Positions 17,833 to 27,902 of a stretch of 46,725 nucleotides of DNA are shown here, one piece after another (the stretch's first letter is position 1; every line of letters begins with the position of its first letter). The position numbers and the translations under genes were made by a program. The stretch is from a virus (Duplodnaviria; Caudoviricetes). The stretch lies in IMG/VR virus record IMGVR_UViG_3300046062_000033, positions 1 to 46,725 of that record, one strand, 5' to 3'. Under the pieces are notes generated by a model that worked only from the letters and a program-made list of their open reading frames with translations, had not been told where the DNA came from and searched no databases.

Positions 17833-18834
17833 ATGAGCGATCCGTACGTCAGGCACGACGCTCAATTAGCGGTCGGGCTCGAATCCGACCAAGGCACCGC
17901 CGTCACGCCCGACCGGGGTTTCGGGAAGGTATCGGGCGACACCGATATGCCCGACCCGTCGATCGACTGGTTGGAAGAACGGTCGATTTCCGGCGGTTCC
18001 AGTCGGGAGTTGACGGGGAAGTACGCCGGGCAAAAGACGTACGACGGCGGGTCGGTCCCGATCATGCCCGTCGACGGCTTTCCGGTCGCGCTCGCCTTCG
18101 GGAACGATTCAGTTACCGCCGACACGAATCTCGACTCGTCCGGCTCGCAAGTGTCGGAAACCGGGACGACGCTGCACGAAATCACCGTTCTGGATAACAG
18201 GATACCGCCGACCGTCACGATCGAAGCCGCCCTGTACGGCCGGGGGACGGGCAGCGACTTCGTCCGGACGTTCGTCGGCGCGGCCCCGCCGTCGGTGTCC
18301 ATACAGGTCGATAACGAAGGCCGACTGTCGACCGACTTGGACTTCGTCGCGATGGGCGTGTCGCGAGGTAGCTCGCCGACGTCGGTGTCGGCAGACACCC
18401 GCGACCCGTGGGTGTTCGACGACGTCGAATCGGACCTGTCGCTCCACGGGAACACGTACGCTCGCGTCACCGACTTCGAACACGAACACACGACGAACGT
18501 CGACCCTCGCCACTATATCGCGTCGTCGTCGGGCCGCGACCCGTTCGAAGTCCTGTACGCGAACGCCGAACACGAAACGTCGGTGACGGTGACGGTCGTC
18601 GACGACCAACTGTTCGCCGACCTCGTCGGTGTCGACGACGCCGGCGACGCGTCGATACAGTTCAAAAAGCCGTCGACGGGCGAAGTCTTCCGGTTCGAAG
18701 CGACGAACGTCGGGTTCGAAGAATCCCCGCACAACATTCCCGAAGAAGGCGCGGTCGACGTCGACCTGACGTTGCTCCCGGACACGGCGACGGTCAAGGT
18801 GACGGACACGGACGCGTCGGCGGCGTACGTGTAG
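17833..18834 (+). CDS. Tail tube (major tail) protein
   Basis: N-terminal LAVGLESDQGTAVTP typical of siphoviral tube proteins; no sheath gene seen; TTAAG box upstream. Confidence 0.8.
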   Translation: MSDPYVRHDAQLAVGLESDQGTAVTPDRGFGKVSGDTDMPDPSIDWLEERSISGGSSRELTGKYAGQKTYDGGSVPIMPVDGFPVALAFGNDSVTADTNLDSSGSQVSETGTTLHEITVLDNRIPPTVTIEAALYGRGTGSDFVRTFVGAAPPSVSIQVDNEGRLSTDLDFVAMGVSRGSSPTSVSADTRDPWVFDDVESDLSLHGNTYARVTDFEHEHTTNVDPRHYIASSSGRDPFEVLYANAEHETSVTVTVVDDQLFADLVGVDDAGDASIQFKKPSTGEVFRFEATNVGFEESPHNIPEEGAVDVDLTLLPDTATVKVTDTDASAAYV

Positions 18835-18976
18835 GCGGTCCGCACGCCGGCCGTGACGCCGTCCGTCTTCGCCCGGGCCGTGTGGGTCGGCCGGGACGAC
18901 GAACGGCGTCACGGACCACTCACGGCGTGTGGTGCGACCGGGATGTTTTTGCCACCGCGCCGCCGACCGTTCGGGT

Positions 18977-19396
18977 ATGGCCGACGGCACCCCGAACGTC
19001 GACGCTCCGGACGGCTTCGACGTCGGCACGATCGACGACGCGGTCGTCGACGAATCGAAGACGACGACCGTGTGGGTGACGGACGACGACGCCGGCGTCG
19101 CCTATTGGTTCGAAATGAAAGCGGACGTGCCGCTCCGGAAGAAAAACGACGTGCTTGAACGGAACCTGACGACCGAACAGGGCCCGGACGGGGACCCTCG
19201 ACAGAACCTGTCGTCGGATTATTACACCGATTTGATCGAGTACATGGTCGTCGACTGGTTCGGGGCCGACGAGGATAACGACGACGTGCCGTCGCTCACC
19301 GTGTTCCTGAACAAAATGTCGGCGGTCTTTGAAGACTTGCAAGACGAAGTGCCGCCGCCGTTCGAATCGCTCCCCGACGGCGAACGAAAAAAATAA
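18977..19396 (+). CDS. Tail assembly chaperone (G)
   Basis: Lies between tube and tape measure; ends CGA AAA AAA TAA. Confidence 0.8.
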   Translation: MADGTPNVDAPDGFDVGTIDDAVVDESKTTTVWVTDDDAGVAYWFEMKADVPLRKKNDVLERNLTTEQGPDGDPRQNLSSDYYTDLIEYMVVDWFGADEDNDDVPSLTVFLNKMSAVFEDLQDEVPPPFESLPDGERKK

Positions 19397-19920
19397 CGTC
19401 GGCGGTGCGGGGTCGGCCCGCACGCACCGTCGGCGACCTTCGCGCCCATCGCGACGTCGTCGAATATATGCTCACGTCGAAGGCGGGCCTTAGTCGCCGC
19501 GATATCCGGGGTGACGAACGGTCGGGCTACCACCGCACCCCGCGACACGACGTCGCGGCGTCAGTTCGGCGCGTGTGTAGCCGTGTGGGGCGCCGACAGG
19601 TGTGCGCCGGTGTTGGTGCCGCATTCGCCGCCGTCGGCATAGCGGCCGTTTTAGCGGGCGTAGAATCGACCGCGTGGTTCGTCGGTGTCGTCGGCGGGAT
19701 CGTCACCGTCCTATGCTATTACTGGCTTCCCGACGTCGTCTTCGACCCGCCGCCGGACGTCGTCACCGAAACGCGGTCGTCGACGCCGGGCATGACCGAA
19801 CGCGAGGTGTACCGCACCCTCGCGATTCACGGCGAACGACAGGATTTGAAAGAGGAAAAGATCGAACAGGAACGGAAGCGTCGCGAACGTCGGGCGAACT
19901 ACGGTGGCTCGCACCGCTAA
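19387..19920 (+). CDS. Tail assembly chaperone -1 frameshift extension (T part of GT)
   Basis: Slippery A AAA AAA at 19387-19393; the -1 frame is open from there (KKITSAVRGRP...) to 19920. Confidence 0.75.
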   Translation, partial: KKITSAVRGRPARTVGDLRAHRDVVEYMLTSKAGLSRRDIRGDERSGYHRTPRHDVAASVRRVCSRVGRRQVCAGVGAAFAAVGIAAVLAGVESTAWFVGVVGGIVTVLCYYWLPDVVFDPPPDVVTETRSSTPGMTEREVYRTLAIHGERQDLKEEKIEQERKRRERRANYGGSHR

Positions 19921-19970
19921 CGGCTAAGGGTCGGGCCGGCGCTGTTCTACGTAACTGACGGTGAATTAGC

Positions 19971-21341
19971 ATTACGCAAATCGGAACGATCGAATACGAA
20001 GCACGGGTGTCTAACGTCGCCGACGCCCAGGCAAACGCGAATGACTTCGCCGAATCGAACCGCGAAATGGGCGCGTCGGCGGAAGACGCCGGCGAGGCGA
20101 CCGGCTTTTTGGCCGGCCGCCTCTCGACGACGTCGGACGAACAGGACGACGTGTCGAAAGGGGCCGACGACGCCGACGAAGGCTTCACGCTGTTACGCGG
20201 GACGGTCGTCGGCCTGACCGGCACGCTCGGGTCACTCATGCTCCGGTTCGTCGGCGTCAGTAGCGTCGTGGGTGCGCTGTCCGGGGCCGTATCGACGCTC
20301 ACGGGCTATTTGGGCGCGCTATCCCTTTCGGGTATCCTGGGGTCGGTGACGGGCGCCCTATCGACGTTCGTCGGGTGGTTAGCGGCAGGATCGGCGGGCG
20401 CGTTGGCCGTCGGCGCGGCGATCGGACTCGCGATCGGGCTGTTCGGCGTTTGGATTTTGGAGATAACCGGCGTACTCGATTGGATCGGACGGTTAGGGGA
20501 CACGCTGGCGAACGCCCTCCCCGGATGGGCCCGGGACGGCATTCTGGCGATTATCGGACTGTTCGCCGGCCCGCTCGCGATCATCGGCGGATTCATCGTC
20601 GGCTTTATCGAAGGCGGGTTCGACCGGGCGTTCGAACGGGCCGGCCAAATCACCGACATATTCTTCGGCGCGTTCAAACGGTTAGCCGGCGGCGCGTTCG
20701 ACTGGTTCAGGGGCGCGCTACGGGGCGTCGGGGACTTCGTCGGGGATATATGGCACGGGATCGAACGGATGGTCGGAGACGTGTGGGACGGGATACGGAA
20801 GACCGTTCGTGGCGCGATTAGCGGAGTGCAACGAACGATACAGTCGAAAACTGAACAAATCATTGGCGACCTTCGACGCGGCTTCCGAAACCTGAAGCAC
20901 GACGTTATCGGTTTCTTCGAAGATATCGGGGCGTCGGTCGTCGGGTCGGTCCGGACGGCGTTCAATTCGACGATCCCGGGCTCGGTCGCCGTGCCGTCGG
21001 TGACGATCGGCGGCGGGACATTCGCCGGGCAAGACCTTCCGTCGACGACGATCGGCGGCGGGACGATCGACCTCCCACAACTACAGTCGGGCGGGATCGT
21101 CGAAACGCCCGGGATCGCGGAAGTGCACAAGGGCGAAGCCGTCATCCCGGCGCCGCTCGCCGACCGGGCCGCCGCAAGCGGCGGTGGCGGGGGCGCGACG
21201 GTGCAGGTCGACCGCGTACAGGTCGAGTTGTCAGGCGACTTCGACCCGTCGAACGTCGACCGTCGGACGTTAGACGACCTGGCCGACCGGCTCGTCGACC
21301 GGATCGGGGCGAAGGCTAATCGGAAGTCGGGGATACGGTAG
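19971..21341 (+). CDS. Tape measure protein (probable ATT start at 19971; first GTG at 20007)
   Basis: Ala/Gly-rich, with hydrophobic segments and W/F periodicity; C-terminal GGIV...AEVHKGEAVIP. Confidence 0.85.
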   Translation: MTQIGTIEYEARVSNVADAQANANDFAESNREMGASAEDAGEATGFLAGRLSTTSDEQDDVSKGADDADEGFTLLRGTVVGLTGTLGSLMLRFVGVSSVVGALSGAVSTLTGYLGALSLSGILGSVTGALSTFVGWLAAGSAGALAVGAAIGLAIGLFGVWILEITGVLDWIGRLGDTLANALPGWARDGILAIIGLFAGPLAIIGGFIVGFIEGGFDRAFERAGQITDIFFGAFKRLAGGAFDWFRGALRGVGDFVGDIWHGIERMVGDVWDGIRKTVRGAISGVQRTIQSKTEQIIGDLRRGFRNLKHDVIGFFEDIGASVVGSVRTAFNSTIPGSVAVPSVTIGGGTFAGQDLPSTTIGGGTIDLPQLQSGGIVETPGIAEVHKGEAVIPAPLADRAAASGGGGGATVQVDRVQVELSGDFDPSNVDRRTLDDLADRLVDRIGAKANRKSGIR

Positions 21342-21344
21342 CCC

Positions 21345-21824
21345 ATGGCCGACACCACCGACCTTCGCGTGAAACTGATTCGGAACGACAACAGCGAAAC
21401 GTTCCGACTGAAGGCCGACACGGTCGAAACAAGCGTCGAAAACGGGTTAGTCACCGATTCGATCATATCGGGCGCGTCCCGGTCGGTCCTGGGCGGGAAG
21501 TTAGTGCTCGATTTACAACGGTACACGATCGAATTGGTAATTCAGGGGATGGGCCCGACCGATTACCCGAATAGCAGTCAGTACGACGGGTCGTCGGCGT
21601 CGACGCCCGACGACGACGATTACGGGTTTCGCGAGGAACTGATGCGGGCGTCGAAAGAATGGGGCTTCGACGTGTCGGACGGGTTCGACACGCTCCAGTA
21701 CGACGGCCGGACGATCGACGGCGTGATAACGGCGTTCAACCCGACCGAGGACACCTCGACCCGGCCGGCCCGGACGTACGACTGCACGCTTGAATGGACC
21801 CACTTAGACGGGTATATCAGTTAA
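21345..21824 (+). CDS. Putative distal tail protein
   Basis: Position after the tape measure gene; size. Confidence 0.6.
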   Translation: MADTTDLRVKLIRNDNSETFRLKADTVETSVENGLVTDSIISGASRSVLGGKLVLDLQRYTIELVIQGMGPTDYPNSSQYDGSSASTPDDDDYGFREELMRASKEWGFDVSDGFDTLQYDGRTIDGVITAFNPTEDTSTRPARTYDCTLEWTHLDGYIS

Positions 21825-21828
21825 CAGT

Positions 21829-23292
21829 ATGGCGAACTACAGGGTCGACGTCGACGGCACGACCGCCTCGAACGTCGTCGACGTGTCCTACGACAAGCCC
21901 GCCTCCGGCGAAATAGGCGAAGCGATCGTCACGGTCGGGAATTCCCAAACGAACCGGGACCTGTTTACGCCCGGCGCTGAAGTTGTCGTGTCGGTCGAGG
22001 ACCCGAAGAATCCCGGGTCGTATACCGTCGATTGGCGCGGTGAAGTCAATAGCAAACCGTCGGACACCTCGACGCGGAACCTGACGCTGGAAGTCACCGC
22101 CGAAATGACGGCGTCGCAACTCGAATACGGGAAGGTGTCGCGGCCGTTCATCGAACGGACGAATGCCGAGATACTCACCGACGCGATCCAAACGAAGGTC
22201 GACCCCGAATCGGGTCGCGTGCAACTTCACGCGGGGGAGACGAAGACGGGGTGGTCGGAAAACCTCGCGGAATTCGAACTGATGGATACGGTAAGCGACG
22301 TCGTCCGCGTCGGCGATAACGCGCTATACTTCGGGATATCGCCGGGGGCGACCGGCACGCTATACGCCGAATACACGGGCGGGCCGACCGTGCCGGGCCG
22401 CCGGGTCGACCGGCTCGAAACCGGGGTGTTGCTTGCCGACAAGGGGAAGAACTTCGACGGGTTCGTGTATCTCGTCGACGACGCCGGGATTCAATACAGG
22501 TGGGAGTTAGCATTGACCGGGCGGGCCGAGAACAAGGCGTACGAACTCCCCGTCGAGGACGCCGACATTACGACCGACGCCGACTATGCGAACGGTACGC
22601 TCCGGTACGAATTTGTGACCGACGGGAACGTCCCCGACGAACGCGCCCTGATGATCGATTATGCGGACGTGGTGACGTTTCAACTGAACGACCGCGACAC
22701 CGACGTCACCGCCGACGTCGAACCGACGGAGTACCGAACGACCCGCCGGTTGAACGGGTCGATCCTACAGATAGCGGCCCGGTTCGCCGAAGAAGACGGC
22801 TATACCGCGTACGTCGACGCGTCGAACGTCCTGTCGTACACGCCGTCGGGATCGGCCGACGCGCCGGTATCGATCGACGAACGCGACGGGTCGATCAACG
22901 TGGTCGGCGTCGCCGTCGACCGCGACTTCGACGTGCGGAACGTCGTCACGATACAGGGCAAGGACGACCTTCGGGTGTCGTTCGAATCGACCCAATCGAT
23001 CGCGTTCTATAACGCCCGATCGCCGAAAGAAGAACCGATCGACGACCCGTCGATTCGGACGGCCGACCAGGCCCGCCGGCGGGCGCGTGGGTTCCTCGAC
23101 GACAACGCGTTCGACGACGGCGCGGTATCCTTTACGGTTGCCGACCCGGCGTTCCGCGACGTTGTGCCCGGCCAATCCCTCCCCGTCACGTGGCCGTCGG
23201 AAGACCTCGACGGCGACTACGTCGTCGATAGCGTCGAACGCACGACCGACGGGTACACTGTCATTAACCTTTCAGGGAACATTAGCCTATAG
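21829..23292 (+). CDS. Tail tip/baseplate hub protein
   Basis: Hub-like motifs AYVDASNVLSY, VRNVVTIQG, IDDPSIRT and VVPGQSL...YVVDSVE. Confidence 0.72.
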   Translation: MANYRVDVDGTTASNVVDVSYDKPASGEIGEAIVTVGNSQTNRDLFTPGAEVVVSVEDPKNPGSYTVDWRGEVNSKPSDTSTRNLTLEVTAEMTASQLEYGKVSRPFIERTNAEILTDAIQTKVDPESGRVQLHAGETKTGWSENLAEFELMDTVSDVVRVGDNALYFGISPGATGTLYAEYTGGPTVPGRRVDRLETGVLLADKGKNFDGFVYLVDDAGIQYRWELALTGRAENKAYELPVEDADITTDADYANGTLRYEFVTDGNVPDERALMIDYADVVTFQLNDRDTDVTADVEPTEYRTTRRLNGSILQIAARFAEEDGYTAYVDASNVLSYTPSGSADAPVSIDERDGSINVVGVAVDRDFDVRNVVTIQGKDDLRVSFESTQSIAFYNARSPKEEPIDDPSIRTADQARRRARGFLDDNAFDDGAVSFTVADPAFRDVVPGQSLPVTWPSEDLDGDYVVDSVERTTDGYTVINLSGNISL

Positions 23293-23293
23293 C

Positions 23294-24223
23294 ATGGCGC
23301 GGGATATCACCGATATCGTCGTCGACACCCGACGGCGGTTAGACCGCACGTCGTCGCGGTTCGTCGCGATCGACCCCAACCAGCAACGCGGGCTGTTCTT
23401 CGGGACCCAAACCGTCGAAACGTCGGTATCGACCGAATTACAGAAGCGGCCGTCGGGCACGACCGACCCGTGGCAGGACGCGACGCCGGCGAAACGAAGC
23501 GGCGTCGTCACCGTCGACGGGCACGAACTGACGGCGGCGTCCCTCTACGGGGCCGGGTCGACGCCCGACGTAATCGCCTACGGCGACGACACGACCGCCG
23601 CCGACAAGTTCGACACCGCCCTGGGAAACCAATTAGGCACGCTGAACATCGCGTCGACGTCGACGCCCGGGAGCGACGCCGTGTGTACGTCGGCGTCGAC
23701 GACGTCGAATTCGTTCGTCACGTCGCTGTACGAAGTCGGGGTCAAGGACGGCGACGCCGACCTCGTCTCCCGGGAAGTCTTCGACGGGGCGTCGTCGGTC
23801 GACCCGTCGAACGACGAAATACGGTTCGTGACGACGATCACGTTCACGGTCGACGCGTTTGGCCAAGGGCTATTCACCGACGCGGGCGCCGAGAACGTGC
23901 CCGAGGCAGTCGTGGATTCGTCGTTCGACCTGTTCATGGCGTTCGTGTTTTCCGATCAGGACGACGACTTGAAAAAGTCGCAAACGTCGCTCCCGAACGA
24001 AACGTTTCGGAATAGCGTGACCGAGGACCGGACGTCGGCCGACGTGATCGTCACGTCGCGGGTGACGACCGACGACACGGCATCGGGCTACCCGTACGAC
24101 ATCGTACAAGCCGGAGTCGTGACCGACAACGACGTCCTGATATGGGCGTCGGATAACCGCGCGCTCACCGTCGAATCCGACACGGAATTCACCGCCGAAA
24201 TACGGTTCGTCGTGTCGAACTAA
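23294..24223 (+). CDS. Tail/baseplate structural protein with an internal duplication
   Basis: IAYGDDTT...DTALGNQ...LYEVGV motif, followed by a second degenerate copy. Confidence 0.65.
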   Translation: MARDITDIVVDTRRRLDRTSSRFVAIDPNQQRGLFFGTQTVETSVSTELQKRPSGTTDPWQDATPAKRSGVVTVDGHELTAASLYGAGSTPDVIAYGDDTTAADKFDTALGNQLGTLNIASTSTPGSDAVCTSASTTSNSFVTSLYEVGVKDGDADLVSREVFDGASSVDPSNDEIRFVTTITFTVDAFGQGLFTDAGAENVPEAVVDSSFDLFMAFVFSDQDDDLKKSQTSLPNETFRNSVTEDRTSADVIVTSRVTTDDTASGYPYDIVQAGVVTDNDVLIWASDNRALTVESDTEFTAEIRFVVSN

Positions 24224-24257
24224 GCCTTTAGGGCCCGCACACCCGTCGGCGGTTTTA

Positions 24258-25001
24258 ATGGCGCTCGAAGAATCGACGCGGTTGGAACGGTTGCGGGTTA
24301 TCCGTGACGCCGAATTCGTCGATCGGTTCGAAGCATCAGACACGACGGTGACGCTGTCGCCCGGCGCCGACGAGGACGTGACGGGCGGCGCGACGCCGTC
24401 GTCGACGGTGACGCTTACGCCGGGCGTCGACGATTCGACGGCGGAACAACGGACTGGGCGGCTTATCGACGACTTTGAAGACGCCGACCTCGCGGAATAC
24501 CAGGGCGACGTAGACGACCCCGACATTACCGTACAGGGCAACGTCGTCGACGACGGCACGTATGCCCTGCAAATGACGACGGGCGACACGGGCACGACGG
24601 CGGATTATTTCATCTATTCGACCGCCGACCTCCCGATATACCCCGAACCGAACGATCGCTTCGAAGTATCCGTCTATATTACGTCACCCGATGCCGATTC
24701 AGTCTTCGCGTTCGGAGTGCAAAACGTCGACAATTTCTATTTCACCCGGATCGGTGCCGGTGAAGACGAATTCGAACTGGTAAAACTGGAAACCGGGACG
24801 GAAACGGTGCTGGATTCGACCGGCGTCACGATCCCCGAAGACGAATGGCTCACCGTCGACGTGTCGTGGTATACCGACGGGACGATCGAAGCCGGCGTGA
24901 CGAACGCGGCGGGGACGGCGATCGGAAGCGTCGCGGCGGTCGATTCGACCTTGGGGGCCGGCGGCGTCGGGTTCGGCGAAGCTCAAAATTTCGAAGACTA
25001 A
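24258..25001 (+). CDS. Putative tail fibre/adhesin with one DDFED...YP beta-sandwich domain
   Basis: IDDFEDADLAEY...LPIYPEPNDRF...GGVGF; homologous to the two repeats in the next gene. Confidence 0.65.
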   Translation: MALEESTRLERLRVIRDAEFVDRFEASDTTVTLSPGADEDVTGGATPSSTVTLTPGVDDSTAEQRTGRLIDDFEDADLAEYQGDVDDPDITVQGNVVDDGTYALQMTTGDTGTTADYFIYSTADLPIYPEPNDRFEVSVYITSPDADSVFAFGVQNVDNFYFTRIGAGEDEFELVKLETGTETVLDSTGVTIPEDEWLTVDVSWYTDGTIEAGVTNAAGTAIGSVAAVDSTLGAGGVGFGEAQNFED

Positions 25002-25036
25002 TGACGTTTAACCGAACGCGGTCGTAATCCGGCAGT

Positions 25037-26275
25037 ATGCCGAATACGTATTGGGACACGGCGAAAATTATCGATCAGTTGGTGTCGGGGCGGACGTCGG
25101 GCATTGTCGACGACTTTGAGGATAACGATCTATCGGAGTATTCGAGTATTGAGGGAGGTAATACGGCGACTCAATCGAACGTCGTTCACGATGGTACGTA
25201 CGCTATTCGTACGGAAGAACCGTCGAATTCCACCCGCGGATATGCCGGATCAACGTCGGGTTTACCGAGGTACCCCCAAGCCGGTGATACGTTTCAGTAT
25301 TGGGTTCGGACGGAGCAGGGAAACACGGCGCGGGCGGGTTTTGGGTTACAAGATGACACGAAAGATGACGGGTACGATATCTTATTCAGCGATTCAAAAA
25401 TTGAAATACGCCGTTTTGATAGTGGTGTTTACACGACTCTTTCGAAGACAAACGTATCGACGTCCGCCGCTACGTGGTACCGGCACGTTGTTAAGTGGGA
25501 AGAAAGCGGGAATATAACTGCTACGTTGTACGACGAATCGGGTTCCAAACTCGCATCGATATCGGCCACTGATACGAATTTCTCTGAAGGCGGTATATCG
25601 TTTTCTGGAAAAGGCTTGGACGGACATAAATGGTACTTTGATACGTTTGAAATTACGGAAGTTACAGCTCCTACCGGCGTTATCGACGGTTTTGAAGACG
25701 GTGACGTCGCGGAATACACAGAAGAATTGGCTTCGACGTTTACTGCCGCAACAGACACGGTACATAGCGGTACGTATGCTGGTAAGATTGAGGGTGACGT
25801 CGACGGGTTGCCGTCCAATGGCCGTTGGTATTCGAATTCGGGTTTACCACGATATCCCGAAGCGGGAGACGTCTTTGAATGGTGGTTTTACCTGAATCAA
25901 TCCGGAGATCACGCTATTATCGGTTGGTGCATGGAATCGGAGGGTCGGGGCGACAACTACCAAATCGCGGCATTAAACGATTCGGCCGAGGTAGGAAATT
26001 CGAGGTTCGAAATTAAGAAATATTCGGGTGGTTCAGCGACTATATTGACGGAAGAATCGGATGTTGGTATAAATACCGGCGCGTGGTATCGCGTCAACGT
26101 CGACCACGCAAGTGGTGGTGATATTACGGCAACGCTGTACGATTCTAACGGAACTCAATTGTCCCAAATATCGGCGACTGATTCGGAATATACTACAGGT
26201 GGGATTTATTGGAACGTTTATAACAACGATAACGAACCAGCGATTGCGTGGTTCGACGACGCCGAAATTATCTAA
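25037..26275 (+). CDS. Putative receptor-binding protein with two tandem beta-sandwich domains; low GC
   Basis: Two copies of D(D/G)FED..Y...SGLPRYP.AGD.F...WYR...ITATLYD..G....ISATD; visibly AT-richer codon use. Confidence 0.7.
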   Translation: MPNTYWDTAKIIDQLVSGRTSGIVDDFEDNDLSEYSSIEGGNTATQSNVVHDGTYAIRTEEPSNSTRGYAGSTSGLPRYPQAGDTFQYWVRTEQGNTARAGFGLQDDTKDDGYDILFSDSKIEIRRFDSGVYTTLSKTNVSTSAATWYRHVVKWEESGNITATLYDESGSKLASISATDTNFSEGGISFSGKGLDGHKWYFDTFEITEVTAPTGVIDGFEDGDVAEYTEELASTFTAATDTVHSGTYAGKIEGDVDGLPSNGRWYSNSGLPRYPEAGDVFEWWFYLNQSGDHAIIGWCMESEGRGDNYQIAALNDSAEVGNSRFEIKKYSGGSATILTEESDVGINTGAWYRVNVDHASGGDITATLYDSNGTQLSQISATDSEYTTGGIYWNVYNNDNEPAIAWFDDAEII

Positions 26276-26355
26276 CCGATGACCCCGCCGAAGCAAAGTT
26301 CGTTCGGTTTTTAGACACCGGATGCCTTTAACGCCGCCAGGACAGTACTCGATAT

Positions 26356-26760
26356 ATGCCGGCACTCACGACGGATTACGGCGAACAATGGTGGGCGGAC
26401 AACGCCCTTGGGGGCGTGACCGTCACCGTCACCCTCTACAATCAATCGTCGGACGGCCTGGGCGAGGGGTCCGATACCGGCGACATTACGACGGAACCGT
26501 CCGGGTCGTCGTACGCCCGCCAATCGTCGTCGGTATCGACGACGTCGTTCGGCGACGGCACGTACGGCTACGAAAACGATTCAACGCTCACTTTCGACAC
26601 CTCGGATTCGTCCCAAACCGTCGACCACGCCGCCTTTATCGCGTCGGTGGCGGGCGCCGACCACCTGGTCGCGATCGCCCCCCTGAACGACACCCGCGAC
26701 CTGTCGAACTTCAGCGAAATAAAGATCGAAACCGGTTTACTGACACACAAGGCGGACTAA
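26356..26760 (+). CDS. Minor tail/fibre-associated protein
   Basis: EPSGSSYARQ motif typical of phage tail-associated proteins. Confidence 0.65.
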   Translation: MPALTTDYGEQWWADNALGGVTVTVTLYNQSSDGLGEGSDTGDITTEPSGSSYARQSSSVSTTSFGDGTYGYENDSTLTFDTSDSSQTVDHAAFIASVAGADHLVAIAPLNDTRDLSNFSEIKIETGLLTHKAD

Positions 26761-26793
26761 GAACCACTTTACCGTCGGCGTGTGTGTCCTGTC

Positions 26794-27189
26794 ATGATGC
26801 TCTTGCAAACCGGTCCGATCGGTCCGTCGTCGATCGGGGTGTGGGCGGTCACGTTCATCTTTAGCGGCGTCGTCGTCGTCGTCGCGTGGCTCGTCCGCCG
26901 GCACTACAATATCGCCGTGCCGGCGTACGAACGCATCTTCGGGGCCGACGAAGACCCGACCGACGAAGGTCACTTGTCCGATACCGAATCGCACTTTTCG
27001 TCGGTCGACGACGCCGTCGCGGACCTGAAACGCGAAACCGAACAGTTACACGACGACGTGCGGACGATCGAACGCCGGCAAGAAGTCGTCCTGTCGAACC
27101 AGTCGGCGATCGCCGACGGCCTCGACGTCGACCTCGAACGGCCACAGTTCTACCGTGGCGGTCGCGGCGACGTCGAACCCGACGACTAA
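26794..27189 (+). CDS. Single-TM protein with a coiled coil (possible lysis function)
   Basis: VWAVTFIFSGVVVVVAWLV followed by a heptad region; last gene of the tail operon. Confidence 0.6.
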   Translation: MMLLQTGPIGPSSIGVWAVTFIFSGVVVVVAWLVRRHYNIAVPAYERIFGADEDPTDEGHLSDTESHFSSVDDAVADLKRETEQLHDDVRTIERRQEVVLSNQSAIADGLDVDLERPQFYRGGRGDVEPDD

Positions 27190-27671
27190 CCCGGCGATTC
27201 GACCCATTCGCCGAAGTCCCGAACTGCCGCACGGTCGACGTCGCGGGCTTTCGTGAACGTGTGGGACTTCCCGGCGTCGTGTAGGTCGTCGGCGCCCACA
27301 ACGAAGTCGCCGGTATAGTCGATGTGAACGAACGCGACGGGGACGGCTCCGGTCGCGGTCGCGTACCGTCGAAGCGCCGGGATGCCGCCGTTGCCGCCGT
27401 TCTTCCGGAACGACGCCCGGTCGCGGCCGGCCTTCACTTCCGCCGCGAACTGCTCGACCGATCCGTCGTCGCGGCGACGCCACACGTGCAAGTCGGGAAG
27501 ATCGTACGAAACGCCCGCCCCGGACGACGGCATTCGAACCGCTGTATAGTTCTCGACGACCCCGTACTCGGTTACGCCGAAGTCGTGGGCGTCGTGGAAC
27601 TGGTCGGGGGACGCGGCCGACAAGAGGTTTCGATATCTCCGTTCCCACACGTCTCCTTTTTTTGAACCCAT
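27186..27671 (-). CDS. hjc: Holliday junction resolvase, Hjc-type PD-(D/E)xK nuclease
   Basis: KGDVWER...VRMPSSG...LPD...AEVK. Confidence 0.8.
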   Translation of the reverse strand: MGSKKGDVWERRYRNLLSAASPDQFHDAHDFGVTEYGVVENYTAVRMPSSGAGVSYDLPDLHVWRRRDDGSVEQFAAEVKAGRDRASFRKNGGNGGIPALRRYATATGAVPVAFVHIDYTGDFVVGADDLHDAGKSHTFTKARDVDRAAVRDFGEWVESPG

Positions 27672-27830
27672 GAACGAAGGTGCCAAGCCCGGGCGTGTGA
27701 GTATGTCGGTGATATTTTTCCGGCGCGTGTGTGTGTGTTCGGCGTTCGAAGCGGTGGGGTGGGAGCGGCCGGAAGCGGTAATCGCACGAAGGCGGGGCGA
27801 AGCCCCGCCAAGGGGTCGGTTCCCGACCCC

Positions 27831-27852
27831 CTTACTTACTTACTTACTTACT
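27831..27852. repeat. (CTTA)5 tandem repeat in an AT-rich intergenic region
   Basis: cttacttacttacttacttact. Confidence 0.85.
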
Positions 27853-27902
27853 ATAATAGTGATAAAGTAAGTTGTAATGACTTCATAGCGTCACGCAAGG
27901 AA

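Noticed and set aside
17833-18834. Contractile (myovirus) tail
   Set aside because: No sheath or baseplate-wedge genes were recognised.
24258-26275. Diversity-generating retroelement or invertible tail-fibre cassette
   Set aside because: No reverse transcriptase or recombinase is present, and the repeats are diverged protein-level duplications in the same orientation.
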